Source: an uncultured Methylomirabilota bacterium
GTDB taxonomy: Bacteria; Methylomirabilota; Methylomirabilia; Methylomirabilales; 2-02-FULL-66-22
NCBI GenBank assembly: GCA_963845565.1
Contig: CAWJSJ010000002.1
Coordinates: 352,001-416,000 of the forward strand
Reading direction: 5' to 3'
DNA length: 64,000 nt
Positions within the stretch are counted from its first letter, which is position 1, and each line of letters begins with the position of its first letter. Shown here piece by piece: positions 29,813 to 40,043 of this stretch. A program made the translations under genes and the position numbers. The notes beneath the pieces were generated by a model. It made no database searches. It was given only the letters and a program-made list of their open reading frames with translations, and was not told the origin of the DNA.

Positions 29813-32091
29813 ATGGGAATTCGTGGACTTCGGAACGGGGCGATCGTCACCTTCTTCGTCAGCATGGCCATCCTCCTCGTGGGGGGCTACTTCGCCGTGG
29901 ACAAGGTGCCCCCTGTCCCCGCCAAGGTCGTCAGCGGTCAAACGGCGGTGACCGATCAGGCGACCATCATGCGCGGCCAGGACACATACCAGCGGTACGG
30001 TCTGATGGACCACGGCAGCGTCTGGGGCCATGGCTCGCTTCGCGGGATGGACTTCGCGGCCCACACCCTTCACATGGTCGGTCAGCATATGCGGGATTTC
30101 ACGGCAGCCGGCGGGCAGCCTCAGGCTGGCGCATATGCGGGTTTGCCCGACGCCAAGAAGCGGGAGACGGACGCGACCGTCATCCATGAGATGCGGACCA
30201 ACCGGTACAGCGACGGCTCCAAGACCCTGGAACTTACCCCCGCCCAGGCTTATGGCCTGGAGCAAATCCGCGCGTACTGGGAAAAGGAGTTCGCCCAGGG
30301 CGACACCCATTACGGCTTCCTTCCGAACACGGTGCCCACCGCCCAGGAGCGGAAGGACATCGCCGATTTCTTCTTCTGGACGGCCTGGGCGGCCGGCACG
30401 CCGCGGCCCGGCCTGAGCTACACGCTACACGAACAACTGGCCGCCGGACCGCTCCGTGGGCAACACCGCCTCCACCGAGGCGCTCGCTCTGGAGCATCGG
30501 CGTCGATCCTCGCCCTGCTCGCGGTGCTGGGCATCGTGGTCTACGTCGTCCACCGCTACGGCTTCTTCTACGGCGAGGCCAAGGCCGTCGAGGCGGCGTA
30601 CAGGCTGCTGGAGGCGCCGGTCACGCCCAGCCAGCGGTCAGCGCAAAGTTCTTCCTGGTGGCCGGGCTGCTGTTCCTCGTGCAGATCTTCAACGGCGGCC
30701 TGCTGGCCCACTACACCGTGCATCCCGGGCACCTTCTACATCAAGTTCATCGGCGAGATCTATCCGTACAGCTGGGCCAAGACCTGGCACCTGCAGTTGG
30801 CGATTCTCTGGATCGCCGTGTCGTGGATGGGCACGGCCATCTACCTGGCCCCGCTGGTCGCCGGCCGCGAGCCGAAGGGGCAGCGGCTGCTGGTGAACAT
30901 CCTCTTCGTCGCGGCGGTCGCGGTCACCGTCGGGCAGCCTGCTGGGCGAGGTGCTGGGCATCAAGGGCTACCTGGGCGACGCCTGGTTCTGGCTGGGCCA
31001 TCAGGGCTGGGAGTATCTGGAGCTGGGCCGGCTCTGGCAGATCCTGCTGTTCGGCGGGCTGATCTTCTGGCTGGTGGTGGTCTATCGCGCTATCGGGCCC
31101 GTGCTGAAGGTCGGCGCCGGCGAAACCGAGGAGGCCGCCGATCGGCGGGCGCTCGTCACGTTCTACGTCTTCAGCGCCATCTTCGTCGTCGCTTTCTTCG
31201 GCTTCGGCCTGTTCTACGGCCGCGGCACGCACCTGACCATCGCCGACTACTGGCGCTGGTTCGTGGTGCACATCTGGGTGGAGAGCATCTTCGAGTTCTT
31301 CGGCGTGGCCGTGATCTCGCTGTTCCTGGTGACGCTGGGGCTGGTGACGGCCAAGTCGGCGCTTGCGCGTGGCGTACCTCACGGCCATCCTGGTCTTCAT
31401 CAGCGGCATCCCGGGCACGGCGCACCACTACTTCTGGTACGGCGGCCCGAGCTTCTGGCTGGCCATCGGCGGCGTGTTCAGCTCGCTGGAGCCGATCCCG
31501 CTGATCCTGCTGGTGGTGCGGGCGTGGATGGAGTACCGGTCGATCCGCGCCGAGGGGCAGGAGTTCCCCTACCGCTGGCCGCTGTACTTCCTGATCGCCA
31601 GCAGCGTGTGGAACTTCGTCGGGGCCGGCGATGTTCGGCTTCCTCATCAACCTGCCGATCATCAACTACTACGAGCACGCCACGTACCTGACCAGCAACC
31701 ACGGCCACACGGCCCTGTTCGGCGTGTACGGGATGCTGGCCATCGCGCTGATCCTCTTCTCGTGGCGCGGCCTGGTGCGAGAACCGGTACTGGAACGACG
31801 CGTCTGCTGAAGCTCAGCTTCTGGGGCCTGAACGGCGGGCTGTTCCTGATGTTCCTCACCGGCCTGCTTGCCGATCGGCCTGCTGCCAGGTCTGGTACAG
31901 CTACGACGATGGGCTTCTGGTTCGCCCGCAGCGCCGCATTCTACGAGCTGCCCGTGATCCAGGCCCTGGGCACGTGGCGGATCGTGCCCGACACGATCAT
32001 CATCGTCCTGGGCGCGTTCCCGCTGCTGTACTTCCTGATCAAGACGTTCCCACGATTGCGGCAGGTGGGATCGCTGGGCGGGAAAAGGTAA
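29813..32091 (+). CDS. norZ: Quinol-dependent nitric oxide reductase (qNOR), several frameshifts in 30420-31900
   Basis: GSVWGHG, FFFWTAW, WHLQ, GWEYLELG, WRWFVVHIWVE, GTAHHYFW, FSSLEPIPL, NYYEH, HGHTALFGVYG, WRIVPD. Confidence 0.88.
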
Positions 32092-32133
32092 AGGACTCCC
32101 GAGCTTCTCAGGCGCCAAGGGCCCATTTTCGCG

Positions 32134-32279
32134 CAGGTTGCTCAAAAAGGCCCAGATGCAAGGCGGTTGGCCGAAGGCCGAGCGAGGCGTACTGGAGGTA
32201 CGCCGCAGCGAGTGCCGAGGCCGGCGGGGTACCCATCCAAAGGATGGGTCCTCGCAGGTGGGCCTTTTTCAGCAGCCTG
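32134..32279. repeat. Family-A MITE-like repeat, copy 3
   Basis: CAGGTTGCTCAAAAAGGCCCAGATGC...GGGCCTTTTTCAGCAGCCTG. Confidence 0.85.
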
Positions 32280-33717
32280 TCAAAACTGGTGGCCGATCTC
32301 CATATAGAAGAGACTCCCCTCGTTTCCCATTCCATATTCGAAGCTGATGATTGTGGCGAGATTCCACGCGATTCGAAGGCCCAGCCCGCCGGCGGCCTTC
32401 CAGTCATTCAGGCTGAACTGTCCGACCTTGTCGAACACTCGGCCCGCATCCACAAACGGCACCAGCATGGGCTTGAAGTGCTGGCCCAGTACGCTGAAAT
32501 CCAGGAGGCTCCACCGGAGCTCGAGACTCCCGTGCATCGCCACGTTGCCCACGAATCGGTTCCCGTAATACCCGCGGAGTGTCCGCCAGCCGCCCAACCC
32601 CTCCTTGCGTTCATTCTCCGGAGTCGCCAGGCTGGGGATGGCGAAGAACGGCGTGTCCCCAAAGTGGGCCGAGTAGACGGCGTTTCCCGCCAGCACGAGC
32701 CGCGCGAGACTCGGAAGCAGCGGGTAATATCCTTGGAGCCCAACCGTCACGTGGCCGAAAGCCGAATCCGCCCCAAGCCAACGCGTGGTTCCTTGGAATA
32801 GCACCTGGCCGAGGACGCCCGAGGTCGGGTCGGGCTCGTAGTCCCGCGTATCGTAGGTGAGCCCCACGCGAAGCAGATTCAACCACCCCCCATCAAAGCC
32901 CTGAATCGTGCCGTTCTGGTAGTCTGCCCTGAGCTTCGTCTCCTGATTGGTCGGCCCCGTCCACGACCGCACCGGTGTAATCCCGCACATTCACGCGGGA
33001 GATCTGGAAGCCCAACAGCGGCCGCAGCAGTCCGCCCAGGTAGTCTCGCTCCACGTTGACGACAAATGCGAACTGCCGCCGATCGTAGTAGTTGTAACGC
33101 GCCCAGGTCTTGCCTCCGCGGTTTTCCTGCAACGCGTCGAAGTAGTCGTTGGCTCGTGCGTACGTCACCCCCGGCGTCCCGGGGAAGCTCAACGGGCCGA
33201 GCGTCCCCACGCCGACGCCGAAGTAATTCTCGAATTCGTACACGAAATATGCCCCGGAGGCTCGTACCCGCCACGCCGAGTCGTCGATGTAGGGTTGATC
33301 GTATTCGAGGAGGTATTCCTGGCGACCCTTGGTGCCGAAGGCGAGCGTGGCGTTGATCTTCTTCCGGTAGGGGGCGTACCAGAAGAATGGACTGTCTTTG
33401 GAGCCGTTATCGTACCACTGGACGGATCCGCCGTACACCACACCGCTCTCCGGCGTCACGCCGATCAGCGGCAACCCGGTGAAATACGCCCCCTCGCGCT
33501 TGTCCTTCAACAGAAGCTCGGGGATCGGCCGCCTGTTGCGCATGACCTCCGGCGGCGACGGGATGGTGGCGACCGACGGCTCCGGGCGCTCTGCAGCCGC
33601 GTCATCTCCCGCGGCAAGGCACGATGATGGATCGCCGGCGAGCCACAGGAGCACCGCCACGAGCAGGCGGCCCCACCTCGCGTCCTGCCGCAGAGCGCGG
33701 TGCCGGAGGCAGCGCAC
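32280..33717 (-). CDS. Omp85/BamA-TamA family beta-barrel protein, frameshift near 32960; start approximate
   Basis: YDTRD, LGGWRTLRGY, FVDAGRV, GLGLRI, terminal GHQF. Confidence 0.75.
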
Positions 33718-33857
33718 GGCTCGACCTTTCGGAGAAGGGTGAATGGATGCGACGGTCGTTCGAACCTGCGGAAGATCGCGCGGCGCGCGAGCGATTGTCA
33801 AGGGCAATTCGCCCGAAGCGGAGTTCATCCTGCGCGGAACGCGCTCGGAGGCAACGC

Positions 33858-34358
33858 TCAGACGTCGGGCGGGTCGGGCCGGCGTCGCGTTCGATGCCAC
33901 GCCTCGTGGATCAGCCCCGCGGCAAGCGAGACCGCGGCGCGGGCGCGTCCTCGGAGGCGCATTCCTGCCCCCTCCAGTCGTTGCATCCGGCCTTCCCGTA
34001 CCCGCGCCACGACACGTCCCACCAGTTCATCGGCGGGTACCGGCGGATCGAGCCGGGAGGCGCCATCCCCCTTGGTGAGCAGGCGCCAGCCCTGTCGCGA
34101 CGGCCAACGACCAACGAATCGATGAATGACCGGGCCGGCCGTATTCACTCGGACCACGACGTCCCCCACCCGCATCTCCGCCGCCGTCATCGGGACCAGC
34201 CGCACTCGATCGCCGTCGCGCAGCCAGGGGCGCATGCTGATCCCCCGCACGGGAATCTCGACCGGTTTCCCCTCGGCGGTCAAATCGCGGAGCAGGATCG
34301 CCAGGAGGGCGGGGCGGAATTCCTCCGGCGCGGCCAGGGGAGACGTCACGCTTTCCAC
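33858..34358 (-). CDS. S24/S26 family (SipW-like) peptidase without a clear TM anchor
   Basis: GISMRP, GDVV, IHR, TKGD. Confidence 0.75.
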   Translation of the reverse strand: MESVTSPLAAPEEFRPALLAILLRDLTAEGKPVEIPVRGISMRPWLRDGDRVRLVPMTAAEMRVGDVVVRVNTAGPVIHRFVGRWPSRQGWRLLTKGDGASRLDPPVPADELVGRVVARVREGRMQRLEGAGMRLRGRARAAVSLAAGLIHEAWHRTRRRPDPPDV

Positions 34359-35004
34359 TTTCGGAAGAACAGCGCCTGGCGCTTGATGTCTTCCGTCTTC
34401 GCGGTGAGGGCCCGGAGCCGCTCCTCGGAGAGCGGCGTGAAATCCCGTGCGATCCGCACGTTCTCTTCCAGGTGGGCCACCGTGTCGCAGCCGACGATCA
34501 CCGTGCTGACGGGGAGTGACAGAACGTACTGCATTGCCTCTTTCATCGTGAGCGTGCCGCTGCGGGTCGCGCGCTCGAACTCGCGCTGCGTCTCCGGCGG
34601 GGGTGGTGTCCAGCCGGACAGGGTGCGACCGCGCGCCGGGATCTTCATCCCGATGATCCCCAGCTCTTGCTCCAGCGCCAGTCGAGGTAATGCACTCTCA
34701 GGTCAATCGCGCGGTTCACGATGGCGAACACCTGGTCTTCCATGTTGGGTTTCTCGATGGTCGCCTGCCCGCCCAAGCCGAAGATCCCGACCCGGTGTCC
34801 CGTCTTGCCGAGATTCCGCGTCGGCATCGCCGCAAACGTCCGCTCGTTGAAGGGCACGCCCGATGGCGCCTTCGGGACATCCGCCTCGCCACGGGACACC
34901 TGGTACCCCACCGTCACCCCAACCGCGCCCGCCACGGCGGTCTCGAACTCGCGGCGGCTCGCACCCTGTTTCTCAGTGCCACTGGTCGGTTCTTGCTCCC
35001 TCAT
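34346..35004 (-). pseudogene. Tat-signal aldo/keto reductase with central deletion
   Basis: SRREF; MPTRNLGKTG...AIDLRVHYLD jumps out of frame to LGIIGMK...VIVGCD...LEEN. Confidence 0.7.
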
Positions 35005-35348
35005 GCCCCCCCTCCCTCTATTGCGCGGATCGCACGCACACCCCGTGGTGTCCCTATACCGGAGACCGACTGGCGTGTCAAGGCCGGGGCGATCCGCCCG
35101 GCGTGTGGTCGCAACCGTGAAGAGGTTCACGACGGGGGACAACGTGCGTGGCGGACGGCTTCGACGCGGTCGGTAACGTCTCCGAGGCGAGAGCGCCTTG
35201 CGCGGACGGCGTTAGGGTGGCACGATCACGATGGTCCGACGTGTGCCGCGGCCTCGACTCCGCCTGACCGCGCCTCGGGCGGTCCCGGCTACCAGCGGGG
35301 TGCCGGCGCGTCGCTTCTGACTGAACACTTCAGCAAAGGGAGAGGAGC

Positions 35349-35930
35349 ATGGCATTCACACTGCGCATTGGCGACAAGGCCCCGGATTTCGAGCTGCCGG
35401 CCACCGACGGGAAGAGCTACGGCTTGGCGGATTTCGCCGGGGCGAAGGCGCTGGTGGTCTTCTTCACCTGCAACCACTGCCCGTTCGTCCTGGGATCGGA
35501 CGAAGTGACGCGTGCCACCGCCGATCGCTACAAGGGCAAGGGCGTGGCGTTCATCGGGATCAACTCCAACAGCGAGATCACCCATCCGAACGACGACTTC
35601 GCCCATATGGTGGAACGGATGAAGACCCAACGCTTTCCGTGGGTGTATGCGCGCGACAAGTCCCAGGCCGTGGCGCAGGCCTACGGGGCGCTCCGGACCC
35701 CGCACTTCTACGTGTTCGATCAGAACCGTCGGCTCGTCTACACGGGCCGAGGCGTGGACAACCCGCGCAACTCGGCCCAGAGCACCGTCAACGATCTCGA
35801 ACGGGCGCTGGACGACCTGCTGGCGGGGCGGCCGGTCCGGACGCCGCTGACCAACCCCATCGGCTGCAACGTGAAGTGGGAGGGCAAAGACGCCCACTGG
35901 ATGCCGGCGGAGGCATGCGATCTGGTCTGA
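35349..35930 (+). CDS. Thioredoxin/AhpC-TSA-like protein
   Basis: APDFEL, CNHCPF, TPHFY, IGCNVKW. Confidence 0.9.
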   Translation: MAFTLRIGDKAPDFELPATDGKSYGLADFAGAKALVVFFTCNHCPFVLGSDEVTRATADRYKGKGVAFIGINSNSEITHPNDDFAHMVERMKTQRFPWVYARDKSQAVAQAYGALRTPHFYVFDQNRRLVYTGRGVDNPRNSAQSTVNDLERALDDLLAGRPVRTPLTNPIGCNVKWEGKDAHWMPAEACDLV

Positions 35931-35963
35931 CGAGAACGTCAGGAGAAAGGCGGCGGAAAAGCG

Positions 35964-36758
35964 CTACTTCTCTTCTCCGTGGCTCTCCCCGCCGGCCCAT
36001 GCCGGGCCCTGGATGAAGGCACCGCCGTCCACGGTGAGGACGGTGCCGGCGACGTAGGCGGCCTCGTCCGAGGCCAGAAAGGCCGCGGCGTTGCCGATGT
36101 CCTCGGGGCTGCCCAACCGACCAAGCGGCAGCTTCTTGCCCTCCCGATACAGCGCCTCGTCCGGATACCAGGTGCGCTCGCCGGGCGTGTCGGTCCAGCC
36201 GGGCTCGATCAGGTTCACGCGGATCCCCTGCCACATCAGTTCGTTGGCGGCGGACAGGACCAGCATGTGCCCGCCCGCCTTGGCGGTGTTGTAATCGATC
36301 GCCCCCTTGAAGGGCAGCCGGGCGTGAGGCGAGGAGATGTAGATGATGGAGCCTTTGGCCTGCCGCGCGACCATCTGACGAGCCACCACCTGGAGGACAT
36401 GAAACACCCCCACGATGCCGACGTCGATCGCCCGCCGCAGGTCTTCTTCCTTGGTTTCCAGAAGGTTCTGGCGCACGCTGGTCACGGCGTTGGCCACCAA
36501 GATATCGATCGCTCCCAGGCCGGCAGTGCACTCGCCAACCATCCGCTCGACGGCGCTCCGATCGCTGACATCCGCCTGCACCGGAAGCGCCCGACGGCCC
36601 ATGGCCCGAACGGAACCGGCCACCTCGGCACCAGCGGAAGCGGAACTCCGATAGTTGACGCAGACATCGGCGCCGGCCTTGGCCAGGGCCAGGGCCACAC
36701 CCCGACCGATACCCCGGGCGGCGCCGGTCACCAGGGCCACCTTTCCGGACAGCGACAT
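35964..36758 (-). CDS. SDR family oxidoreductase
   Basis: TGAARGIG, YNTAK, PGWTDT. Confidence 0.9.
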   Translation of the reverse strand: MSLSGKVALVTGAARGIGRGVALALAKAGADVCVNYRSSASAGAEVAGSVRAMGRRALPVQADVSDRSAVERMVGECTAGLGAIDILVANAVTSVRQNLLETKEEDLRRAIDVGIVGVFHVLQVVARQMVARQAKGSIIYISSPHARLPFKGAIDYNTAKAGGHMLVLSAANELMWQGIRVNLIEPGWTDTPGERTWYPDEALYREGKKLPLGRLGSPEDIGNAAAFLASDEAAYVAGTVLTVDGGAFIQGPAWAGGESHGEEK

Positions 36759-36762
36759 GACG

Positions 36763-37581
36763 TTAGCCTCCTCCGCGACAGGGGTGGTAGATGAAGCGCT
36801 CACCGCGCGCCATGTAATGGCATGGCTGCTCGGGATGGAAACGCGCCAGGTATTCGAAGAGGTGGCCGGGGTTCTCCGCGTTCCCGGCGAAGAGGTCCCA
36901 GTGGGCCGGGATCAGGAGCTTCACGCCGGCCGCGGCGGCCAAGTCTGCGGCTTCACGGACGCCGAGATTCCCGATGATGTCCCGCTTGGTGCGGAAATAG
37001 TCCAGCCCGTTGATCGGTGCCAGCAGCACGTCCACCTGTCGTTCACGGAGCCGCTCGATCAAGCCGTCGTACATCACCGTGTCGCCGGTGTGGCAGAGCG
37101 TGATCCCGTCCAGTCGGACGATGTAGCCCTGGAAGCGGTGGCCGCCCTCCGCATCCACGAGCCGGTCGTGGGCCGCCGGGATGGGCCAGATCTCCACGTC
37201 CTTGATCCGAAACGGCTTGTCGGCCCGGCTGCCCACCACCCGCGCGGACGGCACCGCCTCCGTTGCCTGTGGGACGCACACCTCCGGCACCACGACAACC
37301 GCGGCGGGCGAGGCTTCGGCGAGCGGCTTTAGCGTCCAGGGGTCGAGGTGATCGATGTGGTCGTGCGTGCAGAAGACGAGATCCAGACCGCGCAGCTCCG
37401 CCGGTTGCACGAACGGCGGATACGATCGGTTCACGTTCCCCGGATAATCCGACAGATACAGATCGAACCCGAGGGTGCGCCCCTGCCCCTTGACCACGAA
37501 ACTGAGCTGGCCGAGCCACCAGATGGCCACCGCGCCCGACGGAACGACGGTGGAGCGAATCTCCGCGGCGATGTCGCGCAC
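36763..37581 (-). CDS. MBL-fold hydrolase (UlaG-like)
   Basis: WWLGQ, THDHIDH, AAH, HTGDT, IPAHWD. Confidence 0.88.
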   Translation of the reverse strand: MRDIAAEIRSTVVPSGAVAIWWLGQLSFVVKGQGRTLGFDLYLSDYPGNVNRSYPPFVQPAELRGLDLVFCTHDHIDHLDPWTLKPLAEASPAAVVVVPEVCVPQATEAVPSARVVGSRADKPFRIKDVEIWPIPAAHDRLVDAEGGHRFQGYIVRLDGITLCHTGDTVMYDGLIERLRERQVDVLLAPINGLDYFRTKRDIIGNLGVREAADLAAAAGVKLLIPAHWDLFAGNAENPGHLFEYLARFHPEQPCHYMARGERFIYHPCRGGG

Positions 37582-37647
37582 AGGAAAACCTCCAGAAAGG
37601 ACCCGTCCTCAGGAAACCAACAGGTCAGCGAAAAACCTGTCCTCAAC

Positions 37648-37772
37648 CAGGCCGCTCAAAACGGGCCAGCTGCAAGGCGGCACGCCGCAGCCCGAGCGAG
37701 GCGTACTGGAGGTACGTCGCAGCGAGTGGCGAGGCGGGCCAACGCAGCAGATGCGCCGTTTTCAGCGGCCTG
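37648..37772. repeat. Family-A MITE-like repeat, copy 4
   Basis: CAGGCCGCTCAAAACGG...CCGTTTTCAGCGGCCTG; contains the stop codon of the adjacent oxidoreductase. Confidence 0.8.
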
Positions 37773-39846
37773 TCGGCCGCATCCACACCGCCGTATCATG
37801 AAACGCCCCGCCGCCATAGGGCGGAATCGGATCGTCGCCGACCAGCGTGTTGATCCCGACCCCGCCCGCGAAGTCGCCACTAGGCCAGATGCCTTCCACG
37901 ACGACCGTCCCCGGCAGCAAGCCGTCGAAGCGGCGCGCGTGAACGATCACGGCTCCGCGGGCATTGCCGATTTCGACGGGGCCTCCGTCCACGACTCCCA
38001 GCCGATCGGCATCGTCGGGATGGATCAGCGCCGTCGGCCGCTTTTCGCGCGCCCGCGACCCGGGCGTCTCGGTGAACGAGGTGTTGAGGAATCGTCGGGC
38101 CGGCGAGGTCACCAGGCGGAACGGCCGGTCGTCCGTCGCCGCGTCAATGATGTCCCACTGGTCAGGCAGCCGCGGCATGCGCTGCCAGTCCGATCCGGCG
38201 GTCGACCAGTCGGGCGCAAAGTGGAACTTCTTGTCAGGCGTACCGAATCCGTCCAGGAAGTGGGCCTCCCGGAACGGCAGCGCCGCATCCTCCCAGTGAC
38301 GTTCCAGGACGGTCTTGGCGTCCGGCCAACCGGAGGTACGAAGCGTCCAGTCGATCAGTTCCATCGCGCTCATCTCGAAGCCGGGATGCCGCGCCCCCAG
38401 CCGACGCGCCAGGCCCTGCAGGACCTCGTGATTCGACCGACACTCGCCGGGCGGCTCGACCAGCTTCGGCCCGACCTGTATGTGGCTGTGCCCTCCAGCC
38501 TGATACAGGTCGTCGTGCTCCAGGAACATCGTCGCCGGCAGCACCACGTCGGCGTACCGGGCCGTCTCGGTCAGGAACTGCTCGTGCACGACTGTGAACA
38601 GGTCCTCCCGCGCCAAGCCCTGGCGCACCCGGCTGGAGTCCGGCGCCACCACGGCCGGGTTGGTGTTCTGGATCAGCATGGCGGCAACCGGCGGCCCTCC
38701 CTTGAGCGCCCGCGCATCCCCCGCCAGGGCGGCCCCGATGAGACACATGTCGATCTCGCGAGTGCTCTTGTCCAGGGCGTCCAGCCCCTCGATCATGGTC
38801 TTGTTCCAGTGGTACGCGGACCGGTTGCTCCAGAAGGCGCCCCCGGCCTCGTGTTGCCATGCCCCCGTGACCGCCGGGAGGCAGGTGACCGCGTGCATCG
38901 CCGCGGCGCCGTTCCGCGACCGCGTGAATCCGTACCCGACTCGGATGTAGGCTCGCTGGGTAGTGTTGTAGAGCGTCGCGAAGGCTTCGATTTCTTCGAC
39001 CGAGAGTCCGGTGATCGCCGCCGCCCAGGCCGGGCCGCGAGCCGCGAGGTGGGCCTCCAGGTCGGCGGGAAGGTCGGTATAGCGCCCCAGGTACGCGCGG
39101 TCGGCGTGTCCGTCCCGGAACGCGCAATGCATCACCGCGCACGCCAGCGCGGCATCCGTCCCGGGCCGGAGGCACAGGAAACGATCGGCGACCGCCGCCG
39201 TGGGGCTTCGGTAGCAGTCCACCACCACCAGCGCGGCGCCGCGCTCCTGCCGCGCCCGCGTGACGTGCGTCATCACGTTGACCTGGGTGGACACCGGATT
39301 GCCGCCCCACACCACGATCAGGTCGGCCTTCGCCATCTCGCGCGGGTCGGGGCCGACGAACCGGCCGGTGCCGGCGATCCAGCCCGCCTCGGCGGACCCG
39401 GTGCAGATCGTCTTCTTCTGGCGGGAGTACCGCATGACGTGGCGCAACCGGTTGATGCCGTCGCGCATCACCAGGCCCATCGTCCCGGCGTAATAGTACG
39501 GCCACACGGCTTCGGATCCGTATTGGGCCGTCACCGCCCGAAACCGGCCGGCGATGCGATCCAGGGCCTCGTCCCAGTCGATGGCACGGAACTGCCCGGC
39601 GCCCTTCGGCCCGGTGCGAAGCAGCGGCTGCGTGAGCCGATCCGGGTGATGGATCCGCTCGGCGTACCGACCGACCTTCTCGCAGATCACGCCGGCGGTG
39701 TAGCTGTTCGCCTTGGCGCCGTGTAGCCGGCCGATGCGGCGGCCGTCCAGCACCTCGACCTCGAGGGCGCAAGTGGACGGGCAATCGTGCGGGCAGGCGG
39801 AGTGGCGGATGGCGGAAGCGCCGGTGGATGCTGTCCCGAACACCAT
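37762..39846 (-). CDS. Molybdopterin oxidoreductase family protein
   Basis: CPHDCPSTC...C Fe-S motif; WGGNP, ETARYADVVLPA, IHPDDA. Confidence 0.9.
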   Translation of the reverse strand: MVFGTASTGASAIRHSACPHDCPSTCALEVEVLDGRRIGRLHGAKANSYTAGVICEKVGRYAERIHHPDRLTQPLLRTGPKGAGQFRAIDWDEALDRIAGRFRAVTAQYGSEAVWPYYYAGTMGLVMRDGINRLRHVMRYSRQKKTICTGSAEAGWIAGTGRFVGPDPREMAKADLIVVWGGNPVSTQVNVMTHVTRARQERGAALVVVDCYRSPTAAVADRFLCLRPGTDAALACAVMHCAFRDGHADRAYLGRYTDLPADLEAHLAARGPAWAAAITGLSVEEIEAFATLYNTTQRAYIRVGYGFTRSRNGAAAMHAVTCLPAVTGAWQHEAGGAFWSNRSAYHWNKTMIEGLDALDKSTREIDMCLIGAALAGDARALKGGPPVAAMLIQNTNPAVVAPDSSRVRQGLAREDLFTVVHEQFLTETARYADVVLPATMFLEHDDLYQAGGHSHIQVGPKLVEPPGECRSNHEVLQGLARRLGARHPGFEMSAMELIDWTLRTSGWPDAKTVLERHWEDAALPFREAHFLDGFGTPDKKFHFAPDWSTAGSDWQRMPRLPDQWDIIDAATDDRPFRLVTSPARRFLNTSFTETPGSRAREKRPTALIHPDDADRLGVVDGGPVEIGNARGAVIVHARRFDGLLPGTVVVEGIWPSGDFAGGVGINTLVGDDPIPPYGGGAFHDTAVWMRPTGR

Positions 39847-39937
39847 GTTGCTTTCCTCTCTATTCTATCCGCGGACGCTGCGCCAAGTGCGGCGCAAGTG
39901 CCAGCGGGATAATGGCCCCTCGACGGTACAGGCCGCC

Positions 39938-40043
39938 TTAGGAGCCGTTACGAAATAACTTGGCCATTTTTCTGTAATTTCGTTACGGCTCCTTATGCCG
40001 TCCTTGAATTTCGCCGGTCAAGGCATGCTTTGACGACGGCTCA
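39938..40043. repeat. Family-B repeat, copy 1
   Basis: TTA-GGAGCCGTTACGAAAT...ATTTCGTTACGGCTCC-TTA-TGCCGT...GACGACGGC-TCA. Confidence 0.88.

Noticed and set aside
29813..32091. NO dismutase (NOD) instead of qNOR
   Set aside because: Both adjacent His ligands (AHHY) and the Glu of FSSLEP are retained; NOD-type sequences substitute these.
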